35,109 bases of DNA. It comes from Vitrella brassicaformis CCMP3155. Its lineage: Eukaryota; Protista; Chromerida. The position numbers and the translations under genes are program-made. Below are positions 10,145 through 25,538 of the stretch, in pieces (position 1 is the stretch's first letter; the number at the start of each line of letters is the position of its first letter). A model generated the notes under the pieces. It did not search any database and was not told the DNA's origin. It saw nothing but the letters and a program-made list of their open reading frames with translations. The stretch spans positions 1-35,109 of the forward strand of contig CDMY01000661.1 in the NCBI GenBank assembly GCA_001179505.1, written 5' to 3'.

Positions 10145-10626
10145 CGTCGGTGTGTGTCTTTGGAGCGTCGTGAAACAGAGTTTAACTGCGAGCTAATCCC
10201 GCAGACCTGTTTTCAGTTTCGATATATGAAGGAGTTGGTTGCTAGGATGACACAGGAGGGCAGCTGAGAGGCTTTTTCTGCAGTCAGATTCAGCACTCGT
10301 CATTGCCCGGCGGAGAAAGCAGTTGGACCTCCCTCCGGTGAGCCAGCCGTCTGCTGCCGACCACTGGGCTGCCACGGTCGTCACATCAACACCCATAACA
10401 CATCACCTCCAAGGTGAGGGGTCGACTCGACGGCATATCGGTGATCGTCTTCTCCCAGCGTCGGCACGCAGAGAGCCTCTATACGCAGAGCAAGGCTCAC
10501 CGATAGTGTCCTGGTGTGATTGTCTGCTTCCTGCAGGTCGTTTGGTGACTGTGTCCGCCATCTATCCGTTGCTCGGACTTCTCTCCCACTTCTCTCCCGT
10601 GTGATTGTGAGTGTGAGTGAGGCGGC

Positions 10627-11565
10627 ATGGCGACCGACGGGTTTGACATCGCCGTCGACGACTTCTCGCGCATCGTCAACGCCTATGTGGCCAGAACTGT
10701 CACCGAAGACCTCGATGAGATCAAGAACCTCGGTAGCTACTACAGACACAGCCAGCCAGCCGTCCATCCATCTATCCGTGTGGTTGGCCTGCACTGCACC
10801 GCAGGTGGGCAGAAGGGCATTATGGAGAAGCTGCGGACGGACCAGCACACCGGCCTCTCGCAGAAGGCCGATGACAAGGCCGACCGGAAGGCAACTTTCG
10901 GCGTCAACAAGCTGCCAGAAGTACCACCGACGCGTACGCCGCACTCACACACGGAGAGGGATCTACTGGATGCTGAACAGAAGAATGATTGGGTCTCTCT
11001 TTTGTGTGTCCGTATGTGTGTGTGTGTGTGCAGCATTTTGGCGTTTGATAATAGCTGCGTTTGAGGATTTCACGTTGCGCATCCTGGCTGTGTGTGGCGT
11101 GGTGTCACTCATCCTCGGCGTGGCCGCCTCGGAACACCCTGAGATTGGTACGTCACACACACACACATACAGAGGGACACAGAGCCAGCCGATATTCCGA
11201 TGGATTGGTTGGTTCAGAGTGGATTGAGGGTTTTGCCATCTTCGTGGCGGTGTTTGTGGTGGTTCTGGTGACGGCATGGAACGATTGGAACAAGGAGAAG
11301 CAATTCAAGAAGCTCAACGAGATCAAGGTAGATAGACTAGACACACAACCAGCCGCACACACACCATCCTCTCTCTCTGTGTGTTTGTGTGTGTGCGTCT
11401 ACGCCAACAGGAGCAGAAGGACTGTTCGGTGATCCGCAACGAGGCCAAGCACAAGATATCCGTCTTCGACCTCGTGGTCGGCGACATCATCGCACTCGAA
11501 ACAGGCGACGAAGTGCCCGCAGTAAGTGCGCTGCTGACTCCTCGACGCGGCTGCGTCAAATCCCT

Positions 11566-11601
<36 letters not shown>

Positions 11602-14600
11602 TGTGTGTGCCACTTACAGGACTGTTTGGTGATGCGGAGCTATGACGTCAAGGTGGACGAGTCGTCGCTTACCGGCGAGACAGAGCAGATCGTCAAGGCG
11701 CCGTACGACACGTGTGTGGAGCAGATCGAGCAGAGGCAGGAGAAGCTCAACAACACCACGGGCAAGAAGCACCACGTCGTCGACAGCCCGGTGGTGCTCT
11801 CCGGCACCACACTCACACACGGCAGCGGGACCTTCCTGGTCGTCTCGGTGGGAATCAACTCACAGGTACGCAGGCAGGTCGAAAAAGAGAGCGATGGTGT
11901 CTGTATGGGCGTCTCGTCTCTGTGTGTGTGTGTAGGTGGGTCGCCTGATGCAGCTGCTACAGACGGCTCCTGAAGCGACCCCGCTCCAACGTGAGCAACA
12001 CACTCGCCGACTCACTCACAACACGGATGCCATCCCTTCGTGTGCGTGTGTGATGTGTTATGACATCAATCAGAGAAGCTCGAGAAGATCGCCCGCGACA
12101 TCGGCAAGGCCGGTCTTGCCGCAGCCCTTCTCACGCTGCTCGCGCTGTTGCTCCAGTAAGCCAAGCCAACCACACACACACACACAATGCACCCAGCCAC
12201 TAAGTCTGCGTGTATGTGATGGCAGGTACTGGATCATTTATGCGCTGGCTGAGCCTGAAGACCGCGACGATGCCTCGAGCATAGCCTCGGAGCACGTCGA
12301 CTTCTTCGTTGTGGCGGTAAGCAGCCAGCCAGCCAAGCTGATCCCATTCCCCTCACACCTGTCCTGTGTGTGACCTGTGTGGATGGATGGCCGGCCGCCC
12401 CATCCTCTGTGTGTTCTGTTCTGTGTGGTGTGCAGATCACTGTGGTGGTGGTTGCCGTGCCTGAAGGCCTGCCCTTGGCCGTCACCATCTCCCTGGCGTA
12501 CTCGATATCCAAGATGCTCGCAGACCAAAACTGGGTGGGTCGAAAGAGCCGACAGACACATCACACTGCAAAAACCGAGGAGGCAAGATAAGATACCCCT
12601 CTCTGTGGGTGTCTCAGGTGCGTCGTTTGGCCGCGTGTGAGACCATGGGCGGTGCGAATGAGGTCTGCTCCGACAAGACGGGCACCCTTACCAAGAACAG
12701 AATGACAGTGCAGGTGAGACGGACACACGCAGAGAGAGAGAGAGAGAGAGACGAGTGTCCGCACGCACGCACCGTTTCTCCTGTGTGCGTGTGTGTGTGT
12801 GTGTGTGGCCTCTCTCTCTTTGCAATAATCAGGCGTTTTGGAACGGCAGTGTGCTGAATGAGTTTGAAAACACCCAAGAGAACCGGTGTGACCTCAAAGA
12901 GCCCTACATGCAGGTCTGTGCGTGAGCATCTGTCCATCCATCCATCCCTCCATCCATCCATCCATGTGTGCGTGTGCGTGTGACACACATGTTTTCACAA
13001 TCCACAGATTCTGATGGACGGTCTGGCTGTCAATTCGACGGGCTACCTGGAGATCGACAATGTCGCCATTATGGACGGCACGGGGAGAACCAAAGAGGTC
13101 GGTCAGGCAGCTCAGGCAGCCAGCCGTTGTGTCCGCTGACGAGAGTGTGTGTGCGTGCGTGTGTGTGTGTGTGGTCAGGTGATCAACCACGTGGGCTCGC
13201 CCACCGAGTGCGCTTTGCTGCAATACATGAGGGTCAGCGGCACCACACCATACACACACGAGAAGGAGAGCAGCATACACACGAATTGTGGTGTGTGTGT
13301 GTGTCCATCCATCGGCCTCCCAGATGCTCGATTACGACTACTCCGCCATCCGCAAAGACTACGAAGACAAGGTAGGTACCATCCCTCTCCCTCCACACAC
13401 GCGCCTCACACACACACACGAGTCGATCTGTGTGTGTTCGTTCGTCTGTCCGTCTGTCCATCGACCCATCGGTTGATCAGATTGTGCACCAGGAGCAGTT
13501 CACTTCTGACCGCAAGATGATGACCACCGTCGTCCGCCTCCCCGACGGCAAGCTGCGCATCTTCACCAAAGGCGCGTCTGAGCGCGTCCTCAGGCTCTGC
13601 AGCAGCCGGATCGACCAGGCCGGCAACCTGCACAGGCTCGGCATGATGGAGATCGAGCGCATCGAGCAGGCCATCATCCAGAAGCTGGCCTCTCAGGCCC
13701 TCCGCACCATCGCCATCGCATACCGAGACATCGACGAGAACGCGTTGCCCGACTGGCGCGACCCCGACCCCAACACGGGCTTCTTCAAGATGGAGAGCGA
13801 CATGACCATTCTGGGGATCACAGGCATCCGCGACCCTGTCCGCGACGAGGTGCCTGAGGCCGTCCGGCGGTGTCAGCGGGCCGGCATCAAGGTGCGCATG
13901 GTGACGGGCGACAACATCGAGACGGCCAAGCAGATCGCCATCAAGTGCAACATCTACAGACCAGAGAACCACGGTCTCGCCATGCTCGGCAAGGAGTTCT
14001 ACGCCATGGTAACCAACCACACCCACACCAACACACGCAGGCAGCGACGCCATTCTATTCGCAAACAAACACGCGTTTCTTGGTTGGTCGGTGGGTCGAT
14101 CAGGTGGGTGGCGTGATCTGTGAGCTGTGCCGGACTGAGACGTGTGACTGTGCCCGGGAGGCCAAGACAGCAGCAGCCGAGAACAAGAAGATCCGCAATG
14201 ACGTGCTGGGCAAGCCTGACGAGTTCGCACGGATCGCCCCGAGGCTGGAGGTGCTTGCACGGTCGCAGCCCTCCGACAAATACGCCCTCGTCACAGGTGC
14301 GTTCTGCGGATGGGGGCCCTCGTGTAGACTAGATGGGTGTTTCTGTCTGCTCGTCACACAGGTTTGAAGAACTTGGGTGCTGTCGTTGCGGTGACGGGGG
14401 ACGGCACCAACGACGCCCCTGCACTCAAAAAAGCCGGTGGGCAGATAAGGACCCTCACACACACACTCACACACACACACACACACGTATGGCCTTCCGG
14501 ACTGTGTATGTGTGTGTGTGTGTGTGTGGTCAGATGTGGGATTTGCAATGGGTTTGGCTGGCAAGGAGGTTGCCAAGGCTGCCGCAGACATCGTGCTGCT

Positions 14601-15341
14601 CGATGACAACTTCGAGTCGATCGTCAAGGTAAGCGGCACGCCCCAAGAGGCACATCCATCCACGGGGGCGAGATGGTCTCTGTGTGTGTGTGTAGGCTGT
14701 CAAGTGGGGCCGAAACATCTACGACAACATCCGCCGCTTCCTGCAGTTCCAGATCACCGTCAACATCGTCGCTGTCCTCACGGCATTCGTCAATGGTACC
14801 CAATGCGCACAAACAAACCGCCAAGGCGTCTATCGTTGTGTGTGATGGTGATGATGGGTATACCCATTCATTGTGTGCAGCGATCTTCATTGCCGAGTCG
14901 CCCTTGACGGCCGTGCAGCTGCTCTGGATCAACCTGATTATGGTGTGTGGCGCCCAGTCACCTCTCGATTGCCTGTGTCCATCTGTGTGTGAATGTGTGT
15001 GCGTCAGGACTCCTTTGGGTCGTTGGCTTTGGCGACTGAGCCGCCCACTGACGCACTGCTGGAGAGGAGGCCGCACTCGCGAGACGAGTACCTCATCTCT
15101 AAGGCGAGCACTCAAGGACGGACAGAGGAGGACCAGACAGACGGCTTGCCCCGTCCGACCCCCCCAATCAATCGGTGTGTGTGTGTTGTGTGTCTGCACG
15201 GATCGACAGACCATGTGGCGGAACATCATGGGCCACGCGCTCTACCAGTTCACTGTCATCAGTGTGTTTGTCTACCTCGGTACGGCCGACCCCCCCCAGT
15301 GGATGGATGGATGGACGGCGTCATGCTCATGCACTGCGCGG

Positions 15342-15372
<31 letters not shown>

Positions 15373-16230
15373 TCTGTGTGTGGGGCGAGTACAGGCGACC
15401 AGTTCTTGCCCGAGCGGACCTACGACGGGCAGTACCCCGGCGACGGACAGTTCCCACTCGCGGAATACAATGATTTCAGTCCTTTCTCCGGTAGGGTAGG
15501 CCCCCTCCACCCACAACAACACAACGAACGCATCATGCCCTGCCCTCCATTTGTCTGTCTGTCTGTCCGTCCGTGTGTCGACGTGTGTGTGCATTGATTG
15601 CATTCATCAGAGTATGGCGACGGCGAGTCGTACGTGCGCAGCGGGCGGCACATGAAGCTCGGCTGGTCTGACGAGAAGGACTACCTCAAGAGCTGGAAGA
15701 TGGTAAGTACTTACGCCCCATCAACCAGCCAGGGGGAGGGAGAGGGAGAGGGTGATTGATTCATCGTGTGTGTTGTGTGTGTGTGTGTGTTGTGTGTGTG
15801 GTGTGTCTACTGTGCAGGAGGGCAAGATCGGTCCGAGTCGGCACTACACGATGGTCTTCAACGTGTTTGTGTGGATGCAAGTCTTCAACCTCTTGAACGC
15901 CCGCAAGATCCACAACGAGTGGAACATCTTCGACGGCATCTTCAGGCACGCACACACACACACACACACGCAGCGAGCATCTGACACACGCAGAGAGAGA
16001 GGGAGAAACACGTCGTGCATGACGCAATCGATGGGTGGTGTGGCTGGGGTGTGTTGTGTGCAGGAATCGGATGTTCGTGTACATCTGGTTCCTCATCGTG
16101 ATACTGCAGTCCGTCATGGCCCAGTTCGGGAGCTTCGTGCTCAGCGCACACAAAGACGTAAGCACGGACGGACACGTCAACAAATCACAATCACACACAC
16201 ACACACGCGCGTCAAAACCCTGATCGATGG

Positions 16231-16267
<37 letters not shown>

Positions 16268-16848
16268 TGTCTGTGGATATGGCCCACCATGGCTTGCTGC
16301 ACCATACCATCCATCAGGGTTTGACATGGGAGCAGTGGCTTATCTGCATCGCATTCGGTGCGGGCGAGCTGGTCGTCCAAGTCCTTCTGAGACTCATACC
16401 CGTCAAAATCATGCCACAAACAGGTCACCCTCACCCTCACCCTCCAACACACACATCCACTGAGGAAACAAATGGCTATCTGTCTGTACCTCTGTGCCTG
16501 TGTGTGTGTGTGTGTGTTTGTGTGTGTGCAGGTGCCCAGCAGGTCGACCCAATGGAGGCGCCGCCGTCCATCGCCCAGATGTCGAGGGGCAGGATATCCT
16601 CCGACCGCATCGCAGACCGGCTCGGCAGCGGATTTGGCTCACATGGAGAGCACAGGAGAGCTCACACCATCGTGTAAGTACCAGAAGGAGACCGACACAC
16701 CCACCACACACAGGACAGAACATCCATCTCACTGTGAGTCGTTTGATTGGTCAGGGCATCATCGTTTTCTCGTGGTGGGAGTGACAGGGCGCTGGGGGCT
16801 GCGGTCATCAACATTCCACAGCCGTCAATACCCAAGTCACGACCCTGA
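10627..16848 (+). CDS. PMCA: P2B-type (PMCA-like) Ca2+-transporting P-type ATPase, many exons; stop at 16677 if the last intron is retained, 16848 if spliced
   Basis: [27 protein letters not shown] (phospho-Asp), [69 protein letters not shown]. Confidence 0.97.
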
Positions 16849-18143
16849 CCTTGATCTTGCTCATGACCCCTCTCTCCTCGCCTCCCTGCTATATATATAT
16901 ATATCTGGCCCTCTCCCTCCCTGCCTCCCTCCCTCTCTCTCTCTCGCACACCTCCGTGTTCGCGTGTGTGTTTGTGTTTATTATCGGAGGGGGGTCGGTC
17001 GGTCCGCCTGTTTGGTGGGGGAATGGGTGGGTTGGTGGGAGGGGGGGTGGGGGTCGATCTTGTCTGCTGTCTTATTGTACAGATTGTTTTTCAACCACTG
17101 GCTGATCGATATCATGCAGGGCGATGGGTGGCTGATGGGTAGGCCCCTTTGTTGTCGGGCCGGCGGCGTGTTTGTTGATGAGGGAGGGAGGGAGTGTATG
17201 CGGGTGTGTGTGTGTGTCGTTTCGACACTCGTTTGTTGTCTGGCCTGCTTCGACCATGAGCAGGATTTCTCCAAACCAATGCACTCACACACACAGACAC
17301 ACAGACACACACACATTCGTGTGTGCGTGTTGCCGTGTGAGTGTGTCAGCCCCATTGCTGTGCTCGTCAGTCCATGATGTGTGCCGTGCCTGTTGGTGTG
17401 GCCACAGTGTGTTGTCAACAAACAGACAGACACCAGGATGGTGAGAATGCGGCCGTTGTCTTGCCTCAATGTGCTTGCCGCTCGGACCTGATGCACACTC
17501 ACTCACAGACACGCAACTCGCAGACAGCCGACAGACAGAGAGAGAGAGAGCGAGAGAGAAACGCCAACCGGCCAAGACACACAGACACACACACAGAGAC
17601 AAGAGAGAGAGAGAGCGAGAGAGAGATCGAGGAGGTGTGTATATAGCTACCTACCTATCTATGAGGTGCGTGTGCCTGTGGGTGTGCCTGTGGTGTGCCG
17701 ACAGTGCAAGACAGAGAGAGAATGAGTCAATCTTTTTCACTGTGCCCTTTTATAGTGGACAGATTGAGATTGGTGTCCGCCCGTCTACTTACATAATTCG
17801 GTGGTGAATGAATGAGTCAGTCAGTGAGGCGGGCAGGTGGTTGCTGTGGCGAGGTGTTTTCTGAAGGCTTGTCGCGTCGCGCTTGCAGAGACAAACGAGT
17901 CTGAGCGACCCGCTTACCATGAGGGATTTTACTCATAGATAGTCAGTCGTTCGTGAGAATTTTTGGGTGTGTCTGCCTTGCATGCTGTTTGCACACACAG
18001 ACAGACAGACAGTCGCTGCAAGAACAATGAAACAAATCACCGTGATGGAGCCGACAGAAAAAATGGGGTAGAGCGCAATGACGCGTGAAACCTACCAGCA
18101 CTGCCTGGGCTTCCTTCCTCTCCCCACCCTGTGGTCTGCCGGA

Positions 18144-18873
18144 ATGCAGTTTGTCATCGTCTCAGCGGTCGTCGGCTGCCTGATGGCGCCCAGCCATGCC
18201 TTCACCCTCCCCTACTCCCCCTCCCACGCCACCCGGCCCTCACTCAGGCGAACCCTCGACGCGCGGAGACCCCCCACCTCGCTGCACATGTCCACCAAGA
18301 CAGAGGCGATCGTGGAAGGTGCGCATCTGCCACCACCGGCACTCGTCTCACATAGATCCACCCCAAGGGAAAGCTGTGTGTCGTGTGTGTGTGTGTGGTC
18401 TGCGTGTGTGTGGCAGAGCTGAAGGGGCTGACGCTTTTGGAGGCCTCAGAACTGGTCAAGCAGATCGAGGAGGCCTTTGGAGTGGACGCATCGGCGGCGG
18501 CGGCGATGCCTATGGGCGCCATGATGATGCCGGGTGCCGCTGGTGGGGCGGCAGAGGCGGAGGAGGTGGCCGAGCAGACCGAGTTTGACGTCATCCTTGA
18601 GGCTGTCGAGAACAGGTCAGCCAGCCTCAGCACACAGCTCACAGGCATGCTTGGCCTTTTGGTTTATCTCTTCTCTCTCCATCTGCCCGTCGATGGTGCA
18701 GGATTGGCGTGATTAAGGTGTTGAGGCAGCTGAACCCCGAGTTGAATCTCAAGCAGGCCAAGGAGTTCGTCGACGGGCTGCCCAAGGCCTTCTTCGAGGG
18801 AGTGCCAAAAGACAAGGCCGAGGATGCTAAGAAGAAGCTCGAGGATGCGGGAGCAAAGATCACCGTCAAGTAG
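18144..18873 (+). CDS. rpl12: Nucleus-encoded plastid 50S ribosomal protein L7/L12 with bipartite targeting leader, 3 exons
   Basis: [42 protein letters not shown]...[13 protein letters not shown]...[15 protein letters not shown]; leader [19 protein letters not shown]|FTLP. Confidence 0.95.
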
Positions 18874-19265
18874 ACAGACAGACAGACAGACGTATGTGCC
18901 TGCCTGCCTGCCTTGTGTGTGGGGGGTGGCGGGGATCTGTCGTGTGTGTATGGGCGAAGAGGGCGGTGCTTTTGCCCTCTGTCTGGGTGAGTTGAAGGGG
19001 CGGGTGGGTGTGTTGCATACACACACAGGCGATGCCTGTCGCTGTGCGTTTGAAGACGACCCGACGACTGACTGCCTGGCACATATACAAGCATGAACGC
19101 GTTGATCACGAGTTGAACACAACAAACACTGTCTTGGTAGGGTATCCTCCCGAAACAATGCCATTGCAGTGGCGTGTGTCATCCGATCCATCCATCCATC
19201 GACACAAACAAGGGTCTCTCTTTTAACATGCAATCACCACCCTGTCGGTCTGTCTGTCTGGCTGG

Positions 19266-21612
<2,347 letters not shown>

Positions 21613-21780
21613 GAGGAAAGCGATAGATGAGCTGACGCACAGACTCTGATGGAGTGCGCCCTGCTGTGAAACGGTATGAGTGAACGTTATATCGGGCTCA
21701 GGCGGCGTTAAGGGGGACGGGATCTACGCAACAACCGAAACAAAGCAACCGACAACAGATGGGCGGAAACTATCAACCGC
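21613..21780. promoter_or_regulatory. 168-bp bidirectional promoter/5'UTR region between RPT4 and the BTB-TLDc gene
   Basis: Divergent ATGs at 21612 (-) and 21781 (+). Confidence 0.55.
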
Positions 21781-23884
21781 ATGGACAACCTATCCCATTC
21801 GGGCTTCGCAGCCGCTGGCGGCTCTCCGGTGGAGCACATGAGCGGCGGATACAAGCGCCCATTGCCGGCGGCGGCGGATGGCGGCGATGGCGGCGGCCTC
21901 GCCTCTCAGCTCGCCGCAGTCCGACAGCAGGCGGCCCTCATCATCGAGGAGGCTGACAAAATCGACAGAGAGATCAGCGACAGGGTCACAGCGATGGGCG
22001 GCACTGCAGACGTCACGCAGCTGCCGGCAGATAGGATGGACGACAAGATCGACATCAATGTGAGCGGGGAGCTTCTTCGCGGTGTGAAGCGGTCGGCCCT
22101 CTGTGCGGTCAAGGGCACCGTGATGGCCACCCTGTTCGACGGCCGCTTCGACAGGGCCGTGCTGCGCGACTCGGAGGGTCGCATATTCCTTCCCGTGTAC
22201 CCTCCTGTGTTCAGCACGTAAGCAAAGAGGAGGAGAGCGACGGGATGCGTCACTGACCCATGTGTTCTGCCGCTGTGTGTGGACGTGGTTTGGTGTGGTT
22301 TAGGATGGTAGAGCAGTTGCAGGGCTACGAGCGTGGAGAGATCGATGCCATCACCCTACACGAGTCCAACCAAAGTGACCTGGCGTACAGGTGAGGCAGG
22401 CAGACGCAGTGCCGAGCCAAGATGGGCACTGTTTGTCGAAGTGTGCGGCGATTTATGTGCGTCAGCTACTGGTTTGGGCGGCTGATGCACAACCCCTTGA
22501 CCAAGCGGCCCAGGGCCGGCGGCGCGGGGGACGGTGACATGATGGACGACATCGGTGACGATAGCGGTGCCGGTGGCGGTGTGGTGGGTATGGGGAAGAA
22601 CCTGCTGGGGGAGTTGGAGGGAATAGATCACGAGAAGGCGGCCGAGATGGCCCGCCTGGACGCCATCGAGCCCATGCTCAAGACGGGCGACGTAGAGGAT
22701 GATCAGGTGGGTACAGACACGAGAGAGGTTAAATGCCATGGTGCATCGGTGCATCCTTCCGCCGTCGTGTGGTGGCGTGTTGTTTCAGTTGTTGTCGATT
22801 GTCCAGCAGACCCGCGGCGTTACGGTGACTATGACGCAGGCGGCGGCCAAGTCGCTGCCGGACGGCGAAAACAGCACACTCTACGGACGATTCACCAAGT
22901 AGGCGCAAACACCGATGGGGCGGTGTGGCCATCCATCCATCCATCTGTGGTGTCACTCAGGTATGATCCGTCGACTCAGTGTGGGCTGGACGATGCGCGT
23001 CGTGTGGTCGACATCGTGGTGCGGGCCCACCAGCAGCGGAGGGGCATCACGGCGGCTGACGTCCGGAAGGCCATGGGCAACACCAACCCGAAGCTGTTCC
23101 GCTGGGCCCTCGACGTGTTCGGCATCGACGCCGATGCTTTCCTCGGGCTGGCTGGCATACAGCACCTGCAGAACATCAAGCAGTGGGCGGCGCAGATCCG
23201 CAGCTTCCCTGCCTTCCCTGACATCCCCTTAGACGTTGGCGGGTCTGTCCTGCGCCTGTACAAGTGAGCTGACACGTTATGGCATCCCCCCTGTGGCACG
23301 CTATCCTTTCTCCTTCTCTATGTGTGTGTGTGTGTCTCAGGGCGAGCGTAGATGGATGGCGTTTCGGAGATCTGCTGGATTCGGTCGAGGCCCACGAGTA
23401 CGAGCTGCTGCTGCTGATCCTCCGCGCGAAGCGCACCGGCGAGCTGCTCGCGAGCGTCGTCAATGGCAAGATCGCCGTGACGGGGCCGGAGAAGAAGATC
23501 TACTCTTACGGTGCCCCGCATGCCTTCAACTTCAAGCTGACAGGCACTGCCGCACACCCACACGAAGGCTACATCGGAGACAGCGGCATCCACCTGGCTG
23601 GGCTGCAGGAGAAGCTGAAGATGGCCGACCTGGCCAACACTGCCGGGCCCGGCCTGCCGTGCGTCCTTTGCACGGGCCGCTTCGACATCGGCATCATGGC
23701 AGCCGGCGCGCAGGTCCCAGCAGCACCGGCGGACGTGCCGCTCAAGAGGTGCCAGGCATCTGTGCATAAGAGCGATGACCGCTGGGGGGAGTGGGAGAGG
23801 CAGGAGGCTAGGCGGTTTCTGCCTGTGTCTGAGCTGGGTTTCCAGTTCGAGCTAGATGAGATGGAGGTGTTAAAGCTGAGCTGA
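21781..23884 (+). CDS. BTB/POZ (KCTD-type) + degenerate second BTB + C-terminal TLDc-like domain protein, 6 exons (copy 1)
   Basis: IDINVSGE...TVMATLFDGRFDRAVLRDSEGRIFL (KCTD BTB); LYKASVDGWRFGDLLDSV...FELDEMEVLKLS* (TLDc-like start and end); exons join in phase with GT-AG. Confidence 0.75.
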
Positions 23885-24006
23885 GAGAAGGAGGGAGGAA
23901 GCAGGGAGGGAGGGAGGGGAGCGCTAGGTAGCCGGGGGCGGGCTGTAATTTTGGTACAACGGAACATTACGTAGGTAGTTTTTGATTCTGTTGCTCTTCA
24001 GCAAGG

Positions 24007-24306
24007 NNNNNNNNNNNNNNNNNNNNNNNNNNNNNNNNNNNNNNNNNNNNNNNNNNNNNNNNNNNNNNNNNNNNNNNNNNNNNNNNNNNNNNNNNNNNNN
24101 NNNNNNNNNNNNNNNNNNNNNNNNNNNNNNNNNNNNNNNNNNNNNNNNNNNNNNNNNNNNNNNNNNNNNNNNNNNNNNNNNNNNNNNNNNNNNNNNNNNN
24201 NNNNNNNNNNNNNNNNNNNNNNNNNNNNNNNNNNNNNNNNNNNNNNNNNNNNNNNNNNNNNNNNNNNNNNNNNNNNNNNNNNNNNNNNNNNNNNNNNNNN
24301 NNNNNN
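24007..24306. other. Assembly gap (300 N) separating the two tandem BTB-TLDc copies
   Basis: N run seen directly. Confidence 1.
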
Positions 24307-25538
24307 TGGACGCCATCGAGCCCATGCTCAAGACGGGCGACGTAGAGGATGATCAGGTGGGTACAGACACGAGAGAGGTTAAATGCCATGGTGCATCGGT
24401 GCATCCTTCCGCCGTCGTGTGGTGGCGTGTTGTTTCAGTTGTTGTCGATTGTCCAGCAGACCCGCGGCGTTACGGTGACTATGACGCAGGCGGCGGCCAA
24501 GTCGCTGCCGGACGGCGAAAACAGCACACTCTACGGACGATTCACCAAGTAGGCGCAAACACCGATGGGGCGGTGTGGCCATCCATCCATCCATCTGTGG
24601 TGTCACTCAGGTATGATCCGTCGACTCAGTGTGGGCTGGACGATGCGCGTCGTGTGGTCGACATCGTGGTGCGGGCCCACCAGCAGCGGAGGGGCATCAC
24701 GGCGGCTGACGTCCGGAAGGCCATGGGCAACACCAACCCGAAGCTGTTCCGCTGGGCCCTCGACGTGTTCGGCATCGACGCCGATGCTTTCCTCGGGCTG
24801 GCTGGCATACAGCACCTGCAGAACATCAAGCAGTGGGCGGCGCAGATCCGCAGCTTCCCTGCCTTCCCTGACATCCCCTTAGACGTTGGCGGGTCTGTCC
24901 TGCGCCTATATAAGTGAGCTGACACGTCACTGCATCCCCCCTGTGGCACGCTATCGCTTCTCCTTCTCTATGTCTGTGTGTGTGTGTGTCTCAGGGCGAG
25001 TGTAGATGGATGGTGTTTCGGAGATCTGCTGGAGGCGGTCGAGGCCCACGAGTACGAGCTGCTGCTGCTGATCCTCCGCGCGAAGCGCACCGGCGAGCTG
25101 TTCGCGAGCGTCGTCAATGGCAAGATCGCCGTGACGGGGCCGGAGGAGGAGATCTACTCTTACTGTGCCCCGCATGCCTTCAACTTCAAGCTGACAGGCA
25201 CTGCCGCACACCCACACGAAGGCTACATCGGAGACAGCGGCATCCACCTGGCGGGGCTGCAGGAGAAGCTGAAGATGGCCGACCTGGCCAACACTGCCGG
25301 GCCCGGCCTGCCGTGCGTCCTTTGCACGGGCCGCTTCGACATCGGCATCATGGCAGCCGGCGCGCAGGTCCCAGCAGCACCGGCGGACGTGCCGCTCAAG
25401 AGGTGCCAGGCATCTGTGCATAAGAGCGATGACCGCTGGGGGGAGTGGGAGAGGCAGGAGGCTAGGCGGTTTCTGCCTGTGTCTGAGCTGGGTTTCCAGT
25501 TCGAGCTAGATGAGATGGAGGTGTTAAAGCTGAGCTGA
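24307..25538 (+). CDS. BTB-TLDc-like gene copy 2 (5' part lost in gap); tandem paralog or unmerged haplotype
   Basis: Repeats 22657-23884 almost exactly; differences clustered around the last intron and start of the last exon. Confidence 0.65.

Noticed and set aside
16850-18100. Long region after the PMCA with several 60-170 aa ORFs
   Set aside because: Dominated by simple repeats; consistent with 3'UTR/intergenic DNA.
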